64,000 nucleotides of DNA from Myxococcota bacterium (GCA_965140415.1 OZ223209.1:3968001-4032000); one strand, 5' to 3'. Shown: positions 8,868 through 19,654, counted from the first letter of the stretch. The notes: a model not told the origin generated them from the letters alone. Numbers and translations are program-made.

Positions 8868-10925
8868 TTACGGCTCGCCAGCCGCAGTCACACGCAGTCC
8901 CAGCCAGGCCGTAAATCCTGAAGCGGGATAACCGTGGCGCGGCTGGTAATCGGCATCCAGGATATTGTCCGCTTTCAGCCAAATAGAAAAACCATCGGTG
9001 GGAAGTAAGTCGATCCGCGCATTCCAGACATAGTAAGGGTCCAATTCTCCCCATTTTCCAGTATCTTCATCCTGGTAATCCTGCCCACCTACAGCCTGAA
9101 ACCGGGTGGTCAGTCGCAGCCAGCGAAATGGTTGTTCGCGCAACCCTATAAAACCCTTATGTGTCGGATGATACTCCAAACGGTCGTCCGGCGAGTCCGC
9201 ATTGAGACGCTTGCTATAAAGATAGGCGTACCCGCCTTCCACTCGCAAGCCGAAATCGAAATTGAAGGCTACGTTGGCCTCCGCCCCGGCCAAGCGAACC
9301 CGGTCCACATTCTGAATCTGCGTCGTTCCATCGCCCAATTTGGCTTCTGCAATCAAATCGACCACTTCCGACTCGAACCCTCCAACCTGCAACAAAAACC
9401 AGTCCATAGGCGTCCAGTTCACATCCAGTCCGAAGGTATACGCCGTTTCCGCCGAAAGATCCGGGTTGGTTTCCCGCGTTCCGAACGCACTGGAATAGCG
9501 CTCGCTCAATGTCGGCATACGACCACGCCGTGCCGCAACCAACTCAAGCGTGACATCGGGATGAGGCGACACGTTCACTTCCAATGCCGGGCCGAAAAAC
9601 AGATCCGTTTCCGCTTGCAGGTTGTCCGGCACATCCAGCAGACGCTCCACTTCCGTCAGCAGAGAAAGCGAGGTCGATACGACCCGGTTCCATACGGCTT
9701 CCAGTTCCAACCCGGACGAAAACACGAAGCGCGACAGAGGCGGATCGTCCTCTTCCCCTTCCTCCCGACTCTCGTGTCGATCCTCGCGGGCATCGAACCA
9801 ACTCGAAAAGGAAAGTGCATCGATTCCGGTCGGATGAGCGCGCACGGACAAGTCCAGGCGTCCACCCAAAATGCGGTCGTCGTGAGTGGAAGTAAAGGCT
9901 CGTGGACCATCCTGCGTACTGTAACTGTCGTCGTCGTAACTATCCAAGGTGTTCGACAAGAACGCCCCGTGAAAGGTTTCTTTTACGTGAATGCCGTGAG
10001 CGTATTCTCCGCTATGACTCAGCACCACATTCAAGTCCCGCCAGTCCGACCAGCGCCAGAATCGAGGCGTCCTGGAATAGATGTTTCTAGGAACGCCATA
10101 GGCGCCCTGAAAATAGGTAGCTTCGGCCTGAATACGATGTCCTTTCGCCGGGTCGAGAGAAATTTTCGCCAGCACGTGACCGCCTAGGCGATCCGAGTTA
10201 TCCCGCAGCCCGCCCTTCTCGTTGCGAGCTTCATCAAACGATCTGGACAAACGAAAACCGTTCGAGTGCTCGAAACCGGCGGTTAAAAGGAAGTGAACCG
10301 GCGACAACGTATCGCTCACTGCGAGGGACACCAGTTGATCGTCCAACATCCCGAATTGCAGATTGGCATCCAAAAATGGACCGCTACCCGGTTGCCGGGT
10401 AATAATATTTACGGCTCCCCCCAGTCCGGCGGGTCCATAACGAACACTTCCCGCACCTTTAAGCACCACGATGCGCTCTACAACTTCGGAAGGCACTTTG
10501 CCTAAATCGATCTGGCCGGTATATGGAGCGAAAACCGGCAGACCATCCACCAATACCATCACCTGGCGCTGATCGAATCCCCGCAAAATAAAAGTCTTCT
10601 CTCCACGAGAACCGGTCGATGCCTGAACGGCAGGCAGGCTATCCAATGCATCCACGACTTTTACGGCTCCAAGCTCGCGAATCGACTCGCGATCCATCGT
10701 CTGCACCATGACGCCTTCATGCGGCAGACGTTCGGAACGCACCGTTACCGCTTCGATACTGGCAACATCCTCACCGGATTCCTTTTCGCTTACCTGTGTT
10801 TGATCGAATTCCTCACTTGTTTCTGCTACGGCAACGGATGTGCAGACGATAACCGACATCAAAGCGACGATAGCAGCCATAATGCTTAAGATGCGACTCT
10901 GGAATCCAGGCTTCGTCATCCTCAC
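8868..10925 (-). CDS. TonB-dependent receptor
   Basis: Signal peptide; TonB-box-like EAVTVRS; plug motifs ILRGFDQRQVMVLVDG and ERIVVLKGAGSVRYGPAGLGGAVNIIT; NPDLSAE; C-terminal NILDADY...G...WLGLRV. Confidence 0.92.
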   Translation of the reverse strand: MRMTKPGFQSRILSIMAAIVALMSVIVCTSVAVAETSEEFDQTQVSEKESGEDVASIEAVTVRSERLPHEGVMVQTMDRESIRELGAVKVVDALDSLPAVQASTGSRGEKTFILRGFDQRQVMVLVDGLPVFAPYTGQIDLGKVPSEVVERIVVLKGAGSVRYGPAGLGGAVNIITRQPGSGPFLDANLQFGMLDDQLVSLAVSDTLSPVHFLLTAGFEHSNGFRLSRSFDEARNEKGGLRDNSDRLGGHVLAKISLDPAKGHRIQAEATYFQGAYGVPRNIYSRTPRFWRWSDWRDLNVVLSHSGEYAHGIHVKETFHGAFLSNTLDSYDDDSYSTQDGPRAFTSTHDDRILGGRLDLSVRAHPTGIDALSFSSWFDAREDRHESREEGEEDDPPLSRFVFSSGLELEAVWNRVVSTSLSLLTEVERLLDVPDNLQAETDLFFGPALEVNVSPHPDVTLELVAARRGRMPTLSERYSSAFGTRETNPDLSAETAYTFGLDVNWTPMDWFLLQVGGFESEVVDLIAEAKLGDGTTQIQNVDRVRLAGAEANVAFNFDFGLRVEGGYAYLYSKRLNADSPDDRLEYHPTHKGFIGLREQPFRWLRLTTRFQAVGGQDYQDEDTGKWGELDPYYVWNARIDLLPTDGFSIWLKADNILDADYQPRHGYPASGFTAWLGLRVTAAGEP

Positions 10926-12065
10926 TTACTGCTCCTCTTCAACAAGCTCAGCGAATTCCTTAACCGCCTGTTCGATTTGCTGCAAGAAATCATGTTTCTG
11001 GCTATCAGTGGCAGGGAAACGCAACTCAACCGGGTTGGTATAACCGAGTCTGGAAGTCATATGCTCGACCAATCCAAGCCGAACCGATAACACCCATACA
11101 CCACCCCGCATCGGCAAAGTGCGCGCAAGAACGGGCCAATGCCCTGCTCCCTGACGTTCCACTCGCCCGATTTCATCCACGATGAAAACATCCGCCTGTT
11201 TCTGAGACAACAGATGTTCACCGGCCTGCTGTACGGCGGACTCGTTCAGGCTCCACGCCTTGGGACCATGTTCCACCTTTTTTCGAGCCAGTTCGAAACA
11301 GCTTCCGTCCGGTAACAGTTTAAGATCGTAGCCGATGCGTCGATCAGCCTGCATGGCCGATGGCTGGATGAATCCGCCCACCGACAATCCCCGTGACTGT
11401 AAATGCGTTACAAGATCTTGTAAAAAGCGGCTTTTCCCACTACCGGGTTCGCCCGTCACCACAAACAACATCGCGCTTTTCCGTTTCGCCATCCACACAT
11501 CCAGATTCTGTGCCACTTCATCCGCCAGATCCGCAGCATGAGCGACCATCCGCGCCAGGCGATCCAACATCCCGCGCCGCTCTCCATTGGACTTTTCCTG
11601 CCAACCTTTGATCATTTGCGGCAACAGTTGAATTCCCAAGGCCATTGCCCCGCCTGCCCCCGCAAAACCGACGCGAGAGAAAACCCGCACAAGGAAATCA
11701 GGACTGATCTTGCGCGATAACGCCATGATGAAACTAACGAAAGTCGCTGCTCGTATCACGATAAGCAATCCAACCTGCAACCCATCCAAAGAGATTGGAA
11801 TACCGGCAAATGTTTCGTATTTCTTTCCTAAAAGCAGCCCGCTCATTGCTGCCAGAAAAAGACCGATGAGCCAAAACCGACGATTTCCGATGCTATAGAG
11901 AACGGATCTTTCTGTAAAAGCAAACAAAGTAACGACTAGCAGAAGACCTGCGGTCGCCAACCACAGGTTTTTCGGTGCCTGCAAAACGATTGCAGTGGCA
12001 CCAACGGTCAACAGCAACCACAAGGGACACTGCCGCTCGCGCTTGGGCCTATGAGAGGGCATCAT
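10926..12065 (-). CDS. EcfT/CbiQ-like membrane domain fused to a THEP1/DUF2478-like P-loop NTPase
   Basis: N-terminal hydrophobic helices with GLLIVIR...ISPDFL...FSRVG...MALGIQLLP; C-terminal VTGEPGSGKS, VGGF, IGYDL, VFIVDEIGRVE; no LSGGQ. Confidence 0.65.
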   Translation of the reverse strand: MMPSHRPKRERQCPLWLLLTVGATAIVLQAPKNLWLATAGLLLVVTLFAFTERSVLYSIGNRRFWLIGLFLAAMSGLLLGKKYETFAGIPISLDGLQVGLLIVIRAATFVSFIMALSRKISPDFLVRVFSRVGFAGAGGAMALGIQLLPQMIKGWQEKSNGERRGMLDRLARMVAHAADLADEVAQNLDVWMAKRKSAMLFVVTGEPGSGKSRFLQDLVTHLQSRGLSVGGFIQPSAMQADRRIGYDLKLLPDGSCFELARKKVEHGPKAWSLNESAVQQAGEHLLSQKQADVFIVDEIGRVERQGAGHWPVLARTLPMRGGVWVLSVRLGLVEHMTSRLGYTNPVELRFPATDSQKHDFLQQIEQAVKEFAELVEEEQ

Positions 12066-12678
12066 CCAACTCCCTCCTTAAAGCCTGCACACGCAGACCG
12101 AGCCGATATCCCAGCCAACCGGCGACCGCCCCAAACAGGAACGTAAACACCAGCGCCAGAACCAGAGCCCAGACCGCCCATTCATCCCCCAGTTGCAGCC
12201 AACCGGCTCCTCGTTTTAACAGCATGTAGTACATGCGCAGAACATCGATACCATAAATCACACTTGTGAAGAAAAGCCCCTGCCCGATGACCATCACCGA
12301 ATTGACCGCCCCGGCCAGAGAGGCACGTAATGGTCCCAGTTTCCCCGAAGTGCCAGCAATCAGTTCCAGAATCAGCGCTTCGATAAAAATCCCGATCATG
12401 GGCCAGAGAATCGCCACTCCGGGAGAGATGAGCTTTAACAACATGCAAACGACACCCGCCCGTATCATGAGTCCACGCATGGGAAAGATAGTCAATCCTG
12501 CCAGCAGAATCACCGAACCGATGGCAGACATCAACACGCCGGAAAAAGGCACTCGAAGTACATGCAGAAGCATACCCAGAGTAACCTCTAATGAGCCCCA
12601 TAGAGCCCCGAAGACCGTCGCGTAAATCCATACTAGGCTCAAAGGCTTTGCTGACTGGACAACCGCTGTCGATGGCAC
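12049..12678 (-). CDS. Small integral membrane protein, ECF S-component-like
   Basis: 209 aa, about 6 hydrophobic helices, FGALWGSLEVTLGMLLH..RVPFSG; overlaps the next gene by 17 nt. Confidence 0.6.
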   Translation of the reverse strand: MPSTAVVQSAKPLSLVWIYATVFGALWGSLEVTLGMLLHVLRVPFSGVLMSAIGSVILLAGLTIFPMRGLMIRAGVVCMLLKLISPGVAILWPMIGIFIEALILELIAGTSGKLGPLRASLAGAVNSVMVIGQGLFFTSVIYGIDVLRMYYMLLKRGAGWLQLGDEWAVWALVLALVFTFLFGAVAGWLGYRLGLRVQALRRELDDALS

Positions 12679-12817
12679 TTTTTTCCCCTTTTCACGAAAA
12701 CATCGCCAATCAGGGATAACAGCCCCGAGCGATCAGGGTCAAGTTAAATTGCAGGGTAAGGATTGCACTTTAACGGAATAGATCGATAGCCGCTCGTTAT
12801 CCGTAGTAGAAACTTGC

Positions 12818-12843
12818 GCGTTATGCACAACTGGCTATAATGC
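12818..12843. promoter_or_regulatory. Imperfect palindrome GCGTTAT-N12-ATAATGC (ModE-box-like), overlapping a plus-strand TATAAT
   Basis: 6 of 7 arm positions match; arm sequence and spacing fit the ModE consensus CGTTAT-N12-ATAACG. Confidence 0.35.
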
Positions 12844-12959
12844 CTGCATCGACAGGTTTTTAATGACGAGAGCATGCGCAAAGCGGCAGGAAGCGTTGAC
12901 ACGGCGTTTCTCTCTGTTTTGTGCTGATCACGATTCTCTACCAACAGGAGAAAGATCGT

Positions 12960-14132
12960 ATGAAGATCCACGAGTACCAAGCCAAGGAGTTGTTCCGCCG
13001 CTACGGCGTAGCGGTGCCAGACGGAGAAATGGTCGATAAGGTGGACGACGCCGTGAAAGTCGCGGAGCGCATTGGAGCACCGGTTATGGTTGTCAAAGCG
13101 CAGATCCACGCCGGTGGTCGAGGCAAAGGCGGGGGCGTGAAACTGGCGAAAAGCCTGGATGACGTCCGCAGCCATGCCGAAGCGATCCTTGGCATGAACC
13201 TGGTGACCCACCAGACCGGTCCTGAAGGGAAACAGGTCAATCGCCTTCTTGTTGAAGCCGGTAGCGATATCCAGCGCGAATTGTACCTGGGTATGGTGCT
13301 GGATCGCAGTAGCCAGACCATCGCGGTGATGGCTTCTACCGAAGGCGGCATGGAAATCGAAGAAGTCGCCGCCAACACCCCGGAGAAAATCTTAAAGGTT
13401 TTCGCTCCGATTTCCTTTGGTTTGCCCGGTTATCAGGCCCGACAACTGGCTTTCGGTCTCGGGTTGGAAGGCAAACAGGTTGGCCAGGCCGTCAAGCTGA
13501 TTCAGAACCTGTTCAAGATGTTCGTCGAGTTGGACTGCTCCCTGGTGGAAATCAATCCACTGGTCGTCACCGCCGACGATCAACTACTGGCGCTGGACGG
13601 CAAAGTCAATTTCGACGACAACGCCCTGTATCGCCACAAAGATATCGAAGAGTTGCGCGATGCTACCGAAGAAGACCCCATGGAGCTTGAAGCTGCGGAA
13701 CATGGCCTGAGCTACATCAAACTGGACGGCAACATCGGCTGTCTCGTCAATGGAGCCGGGCTGGCCATGGCGACGTTGGATGTCATCAAAGCCTATGGCG
13801 GCGAACCGGCAAACTTTCTGGATGTCGGGGGCGGCGCAAACGCCAAACAGGTGGCCAAGGCATTTACCATTATTCTTTCCGATCCCAATGTGGAAGCCAT
13901 CCTGGTGAACATCTTCGGCGGCATCATGCGCTGTGACGTCATTGCCGAGGGCGTCATCGAAGCGGTAAAAGAAGTAAAACTGAGCGTGCCACTGGTTGTC
14001 CGGTTGTACGGAACGAAAATGGAGGAAGGTCGCCGCATGATCAACGAATCCGGCCTGCCAATCATCTCCGCCGAACGTTTGGACGATGGCGCACGCAAGG
14101 TCGTCGCAGCGGCGAAAGGAGGCAACCAATGA
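12960..14132 (+). CDS. sucC: Succinyl-CoA synthetase beta subunit
   Basis: [63 protein letters not shown]. Confidence 0.98.
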   Translation: MKIHEYQAKELFRRYGVAVPDGEMVDKVDDAVKVAERIGAPVMVVKAQIHAGGRGKGGGVKLAKSLDDVRSHAEAILGMNLVTHQTGPEGKQVNRLLVEAGSDIQRELYLGMVLDRSSQTIAVMASTEGGMEIEEVAANTPEKILKVFAPISFGLPGYQARQLAFGLGLEGKQVGQAVKLIQNLFKMFVELDCSLVEINPLVVTADDQLLALDGKVNFDDNALYRHKDIEELRDATEEDPMELEAAEHGLSYIKLDGNIGCLVNGAGLAMATLDVIKAYGGEPANFLDVGGGANAKQVAKAFTIILSDPNVEAILVNIFGGIMRCDVIAEGVIEAVKEVKLSVPLVVRLYGTKMEEGRRMINESGLPIISAERLDDGARKVVAAAKGGNQ

Positions 14133-15007
14133 GCATCCTGGTACATGAAAACACACGGGTTGTCGTTCAAGGAATCACCGGCAAGACAGGTCAATTCCAC
14201 ACGCAACTGATGCGCGAATACGGCACAAATATTGTAGCCGGCGTTACCCCCGGCAAGGGCGGTCTCGATTTGGAAGGCGTTCCGCTGTTCAATACCGTGG
14301 CCGAAGCGGCCAAGCAAACCGGGGCCAATGCCTCGGTGATTTTCGTTCCTCCCCCCTTCGCAGCCGATGCCATTCTGGAAGCGATGGACGCTGAATTGGA
14401 ACTGGCAGTCGCCATTACCGAAGGCATTCCTACCCTCGATATGGCGCGTGTGGCCGACCGCATGAAGGACAGCAAGACCCGTCTTATCGGGCCGAACTGT
14501 CCGGGTGTGATTACGCCGGAAGTTGCCAAACTGGGCATCATGCCCGGCGCGATCCACAAACCCGGTCCCATCGGAGTGATCAGCCGTTCTGGAACGCTTA
14601 CATATGTGGCGGTTAACCAATTGAGCCAGATCGGGCTCGGGCAGTCGACAGGCGTAGGCATCGGCGGCGACCCGATCATCGGATCGTCATTTATCGACGT
14701 GCTGGACCTGTTCGAAAAAGACGGAAAGACAGAAGCCGTGGTCATGATCGGCGAAATCGGAGGCGATATGGAAGAAATGGCCGCCGAATTCATCCGCGAT
14801 CATATGAGCAAACCGGTGGTCGGCTTTATCGCCGGACAGACCGCACCTCCCGGCAAACGCATGGGACACGCGGGTGCGATCGTCTCCGGTGGCAAAGGCA
14901 CGGCAGCCGCCAAAATTTCCAAGCTTGAGGAATGCGGAGTCAAAGTGTCCATGCTTCCCACTCAGATCGGCCAGACCATGGCAGAGCTGATCGGCTGGAA
15001 AGGTTAA
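14129..15007 (+). CDS. sucD: Succinyl-CoA synthetase alpha subunit
   Basis: [36 protein letters not shown], phospho-His motif [12 protein letters not shown] overlap with sucC. Confidence 0.98.
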   Translation: MSILVHENTRVVVQGITGKTGQFHTQLMREYGTNIVAGVTPGKGGLDLEGVPLFNTVAEAAKQTGANASVIFVPPPFAADAILEAMDAELELAVAITEGIPTLDMARVADRMKDSKTRLIGPNCPGVITPEVAKLGIMPGAIHKPGPIGVISRSGTLTYVAVNQLSQIGLGQSTGVGIGGDPIIGSSFIDVLDLFEKDGKTEAVVMIGEIGGDMEEMAAEFIRDHMSKPVVGFIAGQTAPPGKRMGHAGAIVSGGKGTAAAKISKLEECGVKVSMLPTQIGQTMAELIGWKG

Positions 15008-15044
15008 GCTCCTTTTAGCACCATTTAACAACATGAAACAGCAT

Positions 15045-15079
15045 GAGCCTCCGGTTTGCACTGGAGGCTCTTTTTTTTT
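15045..15079 (+). terminator. Intrinsic terminator after sucD
   Basis: GAGCCTCCGGT-TTGC-ACTGGAGGCTC followed by T9. Confidence 0.9.
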
Positions 15080-15129
15080 CAGATCCGGGAGTCCTTGTTC
15101 AAGACGTCGATTTCTGTTAGGCTCTATCC

Positions 15130-16251
15130 ATGACGGTATATACTCGACAGTATCCAATTCGAATTGTGTGGTTGTTGCTTGCCATTCTGGTGTCGTTCCC
15201 CCCTCAAGCTTTTGCCCAGGATAAGCTTAGCCCGCTTAAGCAGATCTCCCGCCTTGGAACGGGTGAATGGGGCGCGGATATCGACGGCGTCCCCTTTTTC
15301 AACCGTCCTCAGGACATTTTCGATGATGGAACGGTGCTTCTCGTTGCCGACACCTATAACCACTGTATTCGAAGAGTGTCCAAAACGGACGGGAAGACGA
15401 AAACCATTTTGGGAACTTGCGGTCAAGCCGGTTTCGAAGGGATTGAAGACGGCATGATTGGGAACACGTCATCAGTGCTTCTCGATCACCCGGTATCCCT
15501 TGCGTTGGATAACGTTGGCAATTCCCTTTTTGTCATCGATAGTGGAAACCGGCGTATACTGCAAGTTGTCGGAGAATCCTGCCAGGTTCTGCTTCTTAGC
15601 CTTGAAGACAACCGATTCAATCCCGAATCGATTGTTGCCATTCGCAGCGATTTGTCCGGCGGCGCGTATTTGACGGATGCAGGTAATCATCGGGTCTTGC
15701 ACCTGAAGATAAATTACCCGGATGAAATCGTAGAAGGCGAATTTCTGGAAGCAGAATTGACAGTGCTTGCCGGAAACGGTCTCGCCGGTTACACACCCGA
15801 TCAAAGAGACGCGGCGCTATCGCGCCTGAATACACCTACCGACGTTCTACCCTTCTACAACAGCAGCGGCCTGGCAGCCATCTACCTGCTCGATTCGAAA
15901 AACGCCCTGCTGCGTCGTCTACTGCCCGGAGAACAAACTCCCTGGCTGATTTCCAACCATGCTGGATCAGACAACATCAATACTGCTCAACTCACGTCTG
16001 GCGCAGCACAGCTTTACCAGTTCAAGCGTCCCTACCGGTTAAGCGCGTTTTCCAGTCTCGGTAAAACGACATTGCTCGTTTCCGATCCCCCGGCAAAAAG
16101 AGTGATCGGAATCAACGATTTCCGCTTCGTCTCAATTCTGCTGGATGAACAGGAACTGCAAGGCCCCCACGGCATGACCGTAGATGAAAACGGCGACTTG
16201 TGGATCTTCGACGACCCCGGCTATTTGATACGATTCCGGCTTGATCCCTGA
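15130..16251 (+). CDS. Secreted NHL-repeat beta-propeller protein
   Basis: Signal peptide ending AFA; NHL motifs FNRPQDI...VADTYNHCIR, LDHPVSLALD...VIDSGNRRI, LTDAGNHRV, GPHGMTVD. Confidence 0.75.
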   Translation: MTVYTRQYPIRIVWLLLAILVSFPPQAFAQDKLSPLKQISRLGTGEWGADIDGVPFFNRPQDIFDDGTVLLVADTYNHCIRRVSKTDGKTKTILGTCGQAGFEGIEDGMIGNTSSVLLDHPVSLALDNVGNSLFVIDSGNRRILQVVGESCQVLLLSLEDNRFNPESIVAIRSDLSGGAYLTDAGNHRVLHLKINYPDEIVEGEFLEAELTVLAGNGLAGYTPDQRDAALSRLNTPTDVLPFYNSSGLAAIYLLDSKNALLRRLLPGEQTPWLISNHAGSDNINTAQLTSGAAQLYQFKRPYRLSAFSSLGKTTLLVSDPPAKRVIGINDFRFVSILLDEQELQGPHGMTVDENGDLWIFDDPGYLIRFRLDP

Positions 16252-16259
16252 AATCTCCA

Positions 16260-17921
16260 TCAATAATCGAAGCTCGATCCACCGATAAACTCTCGTAGAA
16301 TCGAGGTCGGCGGCACTTCGTGCGGGAACACCGGAATGAACAGATCCAGGAATTTAAACAAGCGGTAAGCCTCTACATACGCTTCGTCATGTGGCGGAAC
16401 TTCCATCAAGTATCGCTTCAGGTAAGGCTTCAACACCGCCTGCTCGTATACCAGCGCCGTATCGAACATCACATCCGCTTCTTCCTGGAAGGGGAAAATA
16501 TACTTGTTCTCTCCATCACGAACAGAGGGCCACATGTGTATCGTCTGAGAGGCCAGATAACCTCTAAACAAGCGGTCGCGTACAATGCGCCGTAACAGGC
16601 GCGCATCGGAGGTGAAAATCCGATTGCTGCCATCGATGCGCAGCTGGGTCAATGCGGACAGATAGATTTTGAATTTCTCATTATTGGAAACAAGCGATGT
16701 CAATTTGGGATTCAAACCGTGAATGCCTTCGACAATCACTACCTGGTTCTCTTCCAATTTCAGCACCTTGTACTTATCTTTTCGGCGCTCGCCGCGCACA
16801 AAATCGAAAACCGGGGTCTTGACTTCCTCTCCATCGAGCAATTGGCGCAGGTGGTGATTGAACAAGTCGAAATCCAGTGCTTCCAGACATTCGAAGTTAT
16901 AGGATCCATCCTCGTTCAAAGGAGTTTCGGAGCGATTGACATAGTAGTTGTCCATGGAAATCATCACCGGGCGTATACCGTTTACCTGCAACTGAATCGC
17001 CAGACGCTTGGTCGACGTGGTCTTGCCTGAAGACGAAGGTCCGGCGATGAGCACCAACCGCACCTTATCGCGTTTCTCCGAGATCTCATCGGCAATACGA
17101 ACGATCTTCTTTTCCTGCAACCCTTCACTTACTTTAATGATTTCCGAAATCGAGCCGTCGATACATGCCTGGTTCAACTGGCCGACATTGAGCACTCCCA
17201 TCATTTCATTCCACTTCTTGGTTTCCCGATACTGGCTGAACAGCTTGGGCTGAGGTGGCAACTCAACATGCACCTCGCCCTTTCGATTGGGAAAACTCAA
17301 GACGAAACCGGGTAGTTTAGGCAATAGCGAATAAAGCTTGCAACTACCGGTGCTGGGAGCCATGGGACCATAACAAAGAAACCGGAAGTCGCCCATCACG
17401 ACCCAGGGTATTTCAGGGATATTTCGCTGGCGGATCAATAGCACTTTTTCAGGATAATTGTTTGCGGAGAAAAACTCCTCCGCTTCCTCGCAGGTTACCA
17501 GCGATACGCGAATCGGCCAGTCGGCTGCAACGATTTCCTGCATCCGGTTTTCTACAGCAGCCAGCATCTCGACCGTCAGGGGACCGTCATGGGTATTGGC
17601 ATCGAAATAATATCCATCTGCCAATGACTGACCGATCTCCAGGCGAACTTTCGGATACAGATCGTAGAAAGCCTTATACAAGAGCATCTGAACGGTGCGC
17701 CGATATATATTGGCGCCTTCCTTGCTGCTGTAATCGACGGTGTTTACCGTGCAGTTGGACACCAGCGGTCGATGCAAACTCATCATGCGATTATTGATGA
17801 TACAACCGATCGGATCAAGCTCTCCTGGATGAGGATAGCTCTCCAACAATTTGGCTGCGCTGGTACCGGTTTTGGTTTTTACTTCCTGACCGTTCAGTTG
17901 CACAACAATCCGCTTGCTCAT
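16260..17921 (-). CDS. Nucleoside (uridine) kinase with N-terminal TGS/ThrRS-like domains
   Basis: LIAGPSSSGKTT, SMDNYY, IVEGIHGLN, DARLLRRIVRD, YIFPFQE, SILREFIGGS. Confidence 0.9.
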   Translation of the reverse strand: MSKRIVVQLNGQEVKTKTGTSAAKLLESYPHPGELDPIGCIINNRMMSLHRPLVSNCTVNTVDYSSKEGANIYRRTVQMLLYKAFYDLYPKVRLEIGQSLADGYYFDANTHDGPLTVEMLAAVENRMQEIVAADWPIRVSLVTCEEAEEFFSANNYPEKVLLIRQRNIPEIPWVVMGDFRFLCYGPMAPSTGSCKLYSLLPKLPGFVLSFPNRKGEVHVELPPQPKLFSQYRETKKWNEMMGVLNVGQLNQACIDGSISEIIKVSEGLQEKKIVRIADEISEKRDKVRLVLIAGPSSSGKTTSTKRLAIQLQVNGIRPVMISMDNYYVNRSETPLNEDGSYNFECLEALDFDLFNHHLRQLLDGEEVKTPVFDFVRGERRKDKYKVLKLEENQVVIVEGIHGLNPKLTSLVSNNEKFKIYLSALTQLRIDGSNRIFTSDARLLRRIVRDRLFRGYLASQTIHMWPSVRDGENKYIFPFQEEADVMFDTALVYEQAVLKPYLKRYLMEVPPHDEAYVEAYRLFKFLDLFIPVFPHEVPPTSILREFIGGSSFDY

Positions 17922-17978
17922 TGTAACTCCTTGAGGAATTCCCGTTCACCCATCGTTTAAGCAACATCCACCATTTCG

Positions 17979-19616
17979 TTAGGAACCGAATTGACTGGCT
18001 GCCAGCCATTTGGGAGAGGTAATGGGAATCAGGAAATAGAATTTCGATCCGATATTCAACTTGCTTTCCACCCAGACCCGGCCACCATGCAATTCGACAA
18101 ACTTCTTGACGATGGCCAGCCCCAACCCCGCGCCTTCATACTTTTTTGTCATCGAACCATCGGCCTGCTGGAATTCTCCGAAAATCCGTTCCTGGTTTTC
18201 CAATGAAATACCGATCCCGGTATCGGAGACGCAGAACTTGGCAAAATCGCCTTCTTTTGTAACACGAACGCTGATCTCGCCATTGTCGCCCGTAAATTTC
18301 AAGGCATTGGAAACAAGATTGAACACAACCTGCTTGATCTTTCTCTCATCGGCAGTAACAGTCGTGATCTTTTCATCGACATCCACCGTTAAAGCGATAT
18401 TGTGTTTTGTGGTTTTTTCCTTCATCAAATTCAATGACAAGCGTATCAGATCCAGAACAGAAAATTCGCTTAACTCCAACTCCATCTTTCCCGCTTCAAT
18501 TTTGGACAGATCGAGGATATCGTTGATCAGCGACAACAGATGACGACCCGATTCCAGAATATCCTGGGAATACTCCTTCTGTTTGTCGTTTAAGGGACCA
18601 AACAACTCATCGCGCAGCACTTCGGAAAAACCGATGACAGCGTTTAGCGGCGTACGTAATTCGTGGCTCATATTCGCCAGGAACTCGGATTTATGCCGAT
18701 TGGCATCCAATGCGCGCCGGGTTTGAAACTCGAGCTCTTCCTTGATCTCAGTCAACTCAAGATTCTTGCGCGCCATTTGTTGCGCCAGGTTCTTTAACTC
18801 GGTGATATCCTGCAAGAATACATAAGCAGAATCAGAACCACGATACGAACTGACGCTACCAAGCATAATCCTTCCGCCGATGCGGAACTCGCGATTCTTC
18901 GAAACGATATCCTCTCCAACCGAGCGGCAGATATGTGAAAAACTCTTGCCGCCATCCTGGAACAGTTCCTTGATGTTGTTGATCCTTCCAAGACGATTTA
19001 CTTTAAGAAAATCCAGCATCGCCTGGTTGAGGTAGGTTAAATCACCTCGATTGTTGCAGCAAAATAGCGGATTGGGAGCCTCGCGAGGAAATTTGGAGAG
19101 TCTCACCATTTCCTGCTCGCTACTGAGCAAGTGGTGAACGTCTTCGGCATGAAGAATCAGCGCCCCCAAATACCGGCTAAGATGTCCGGCGGCAAAGGAC
19201 CATTGTTCTTCATTGTCCCACTCGTTTTCCGAAATGAGCGTTACGATTCCATAAGGACGGTTTCGATCGAACAGGGGAATCAATATTCCGAAAAGCTGCT
19301 TAACCGCTCCACCAGAATTTACCTCCCGCGAGCAGAAACGGCACTCCTTTTTGGCCAGAACTTGCTGAAATTCCAGCTCCGGATCATGCAGATCTTTTTG
19401 GGAAAGGAACCCCTGAGCAAGTTCTCCAATAGACGCTACCAGTTGAATACGCTGTGCCTTCTGAATGTAGATGGTTCCCTGCTGCAAATCAAGACGCTCG
19501 ATAATCGTGGCAAGAATCCGCGCAAAACTTTTCGAATTCTCGACGATTTGCAGTTGCTCGACCAAAGCAAGCTGCAATTCAATCAACAGGTTCAGGTCTG
19601 GTGCCTTTGTACTCAT
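17979..19616 (-). CDS. Cytoplasmic sensor histidine kinase (GAF-PAS-HisKA-HATPase)
   Basis: KSEFLANMSHELRTPLN, NLVSNALKFT, DTGIGI, GAGLGLA; no transmembrane helix seen. Confidence 0.92.
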   Translation of the reverse strand: MSTKAPDLNLLIELQLALVEQLQIVENSKSFARILATIIERLDLQQGTIYIQKAQRIQLVASIGELAQGFLSQKDLHDPELEFQQVLAKKECRFCSREVNSGGAVKQLFGILIPLFDRNRPYGIVTLISENEWDNEEQWSFAAGHLSRYLGALILHAEDVHHLLSSEQEMVRLSKFPREAPNPLFCCNNRGDLTYLNQAMLDFLKVNRLGRINNIKELFQDGGKSFSHICRSVGEDIVSKNREFRIGGRIMLGSVSSYRGSDSAYVFLQDITELKNLAQQMARKNLELTEIKEELEFQTRRALDANRHKSEFLANMSHELRTPLNAVIGFSEVLRDELFGPLNDKQKEYSQDILESGRHLLSLINDILDLSKIEAGKMELELSEFSVLDLIRLSLNLMKEKTTKHNIALTVDVDEKITTVTADERKIKQVVFNLVSNALKFTGDNGEISVRVTKEGDFAKFCVSDTGIGISLENQERIFGEFQQADGSMTKKYEGAGLGLAIVKKFVELHGGRVWVESKLNIGSKFYFLIPITSPKWLAASQFGS

Positions 19617-19654
19617 TACACAAATCCATCAGCTTGCTGTCAGCCTGCCTGGTT

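Noticed and set aside
12679-12959. Cobalamin riboswitch upstream of the TonB receptor locus
   Set aside because: No GGGAA...GCCCCCGCAACTGT or GCCACTG...GGGAAG core on the minus strand
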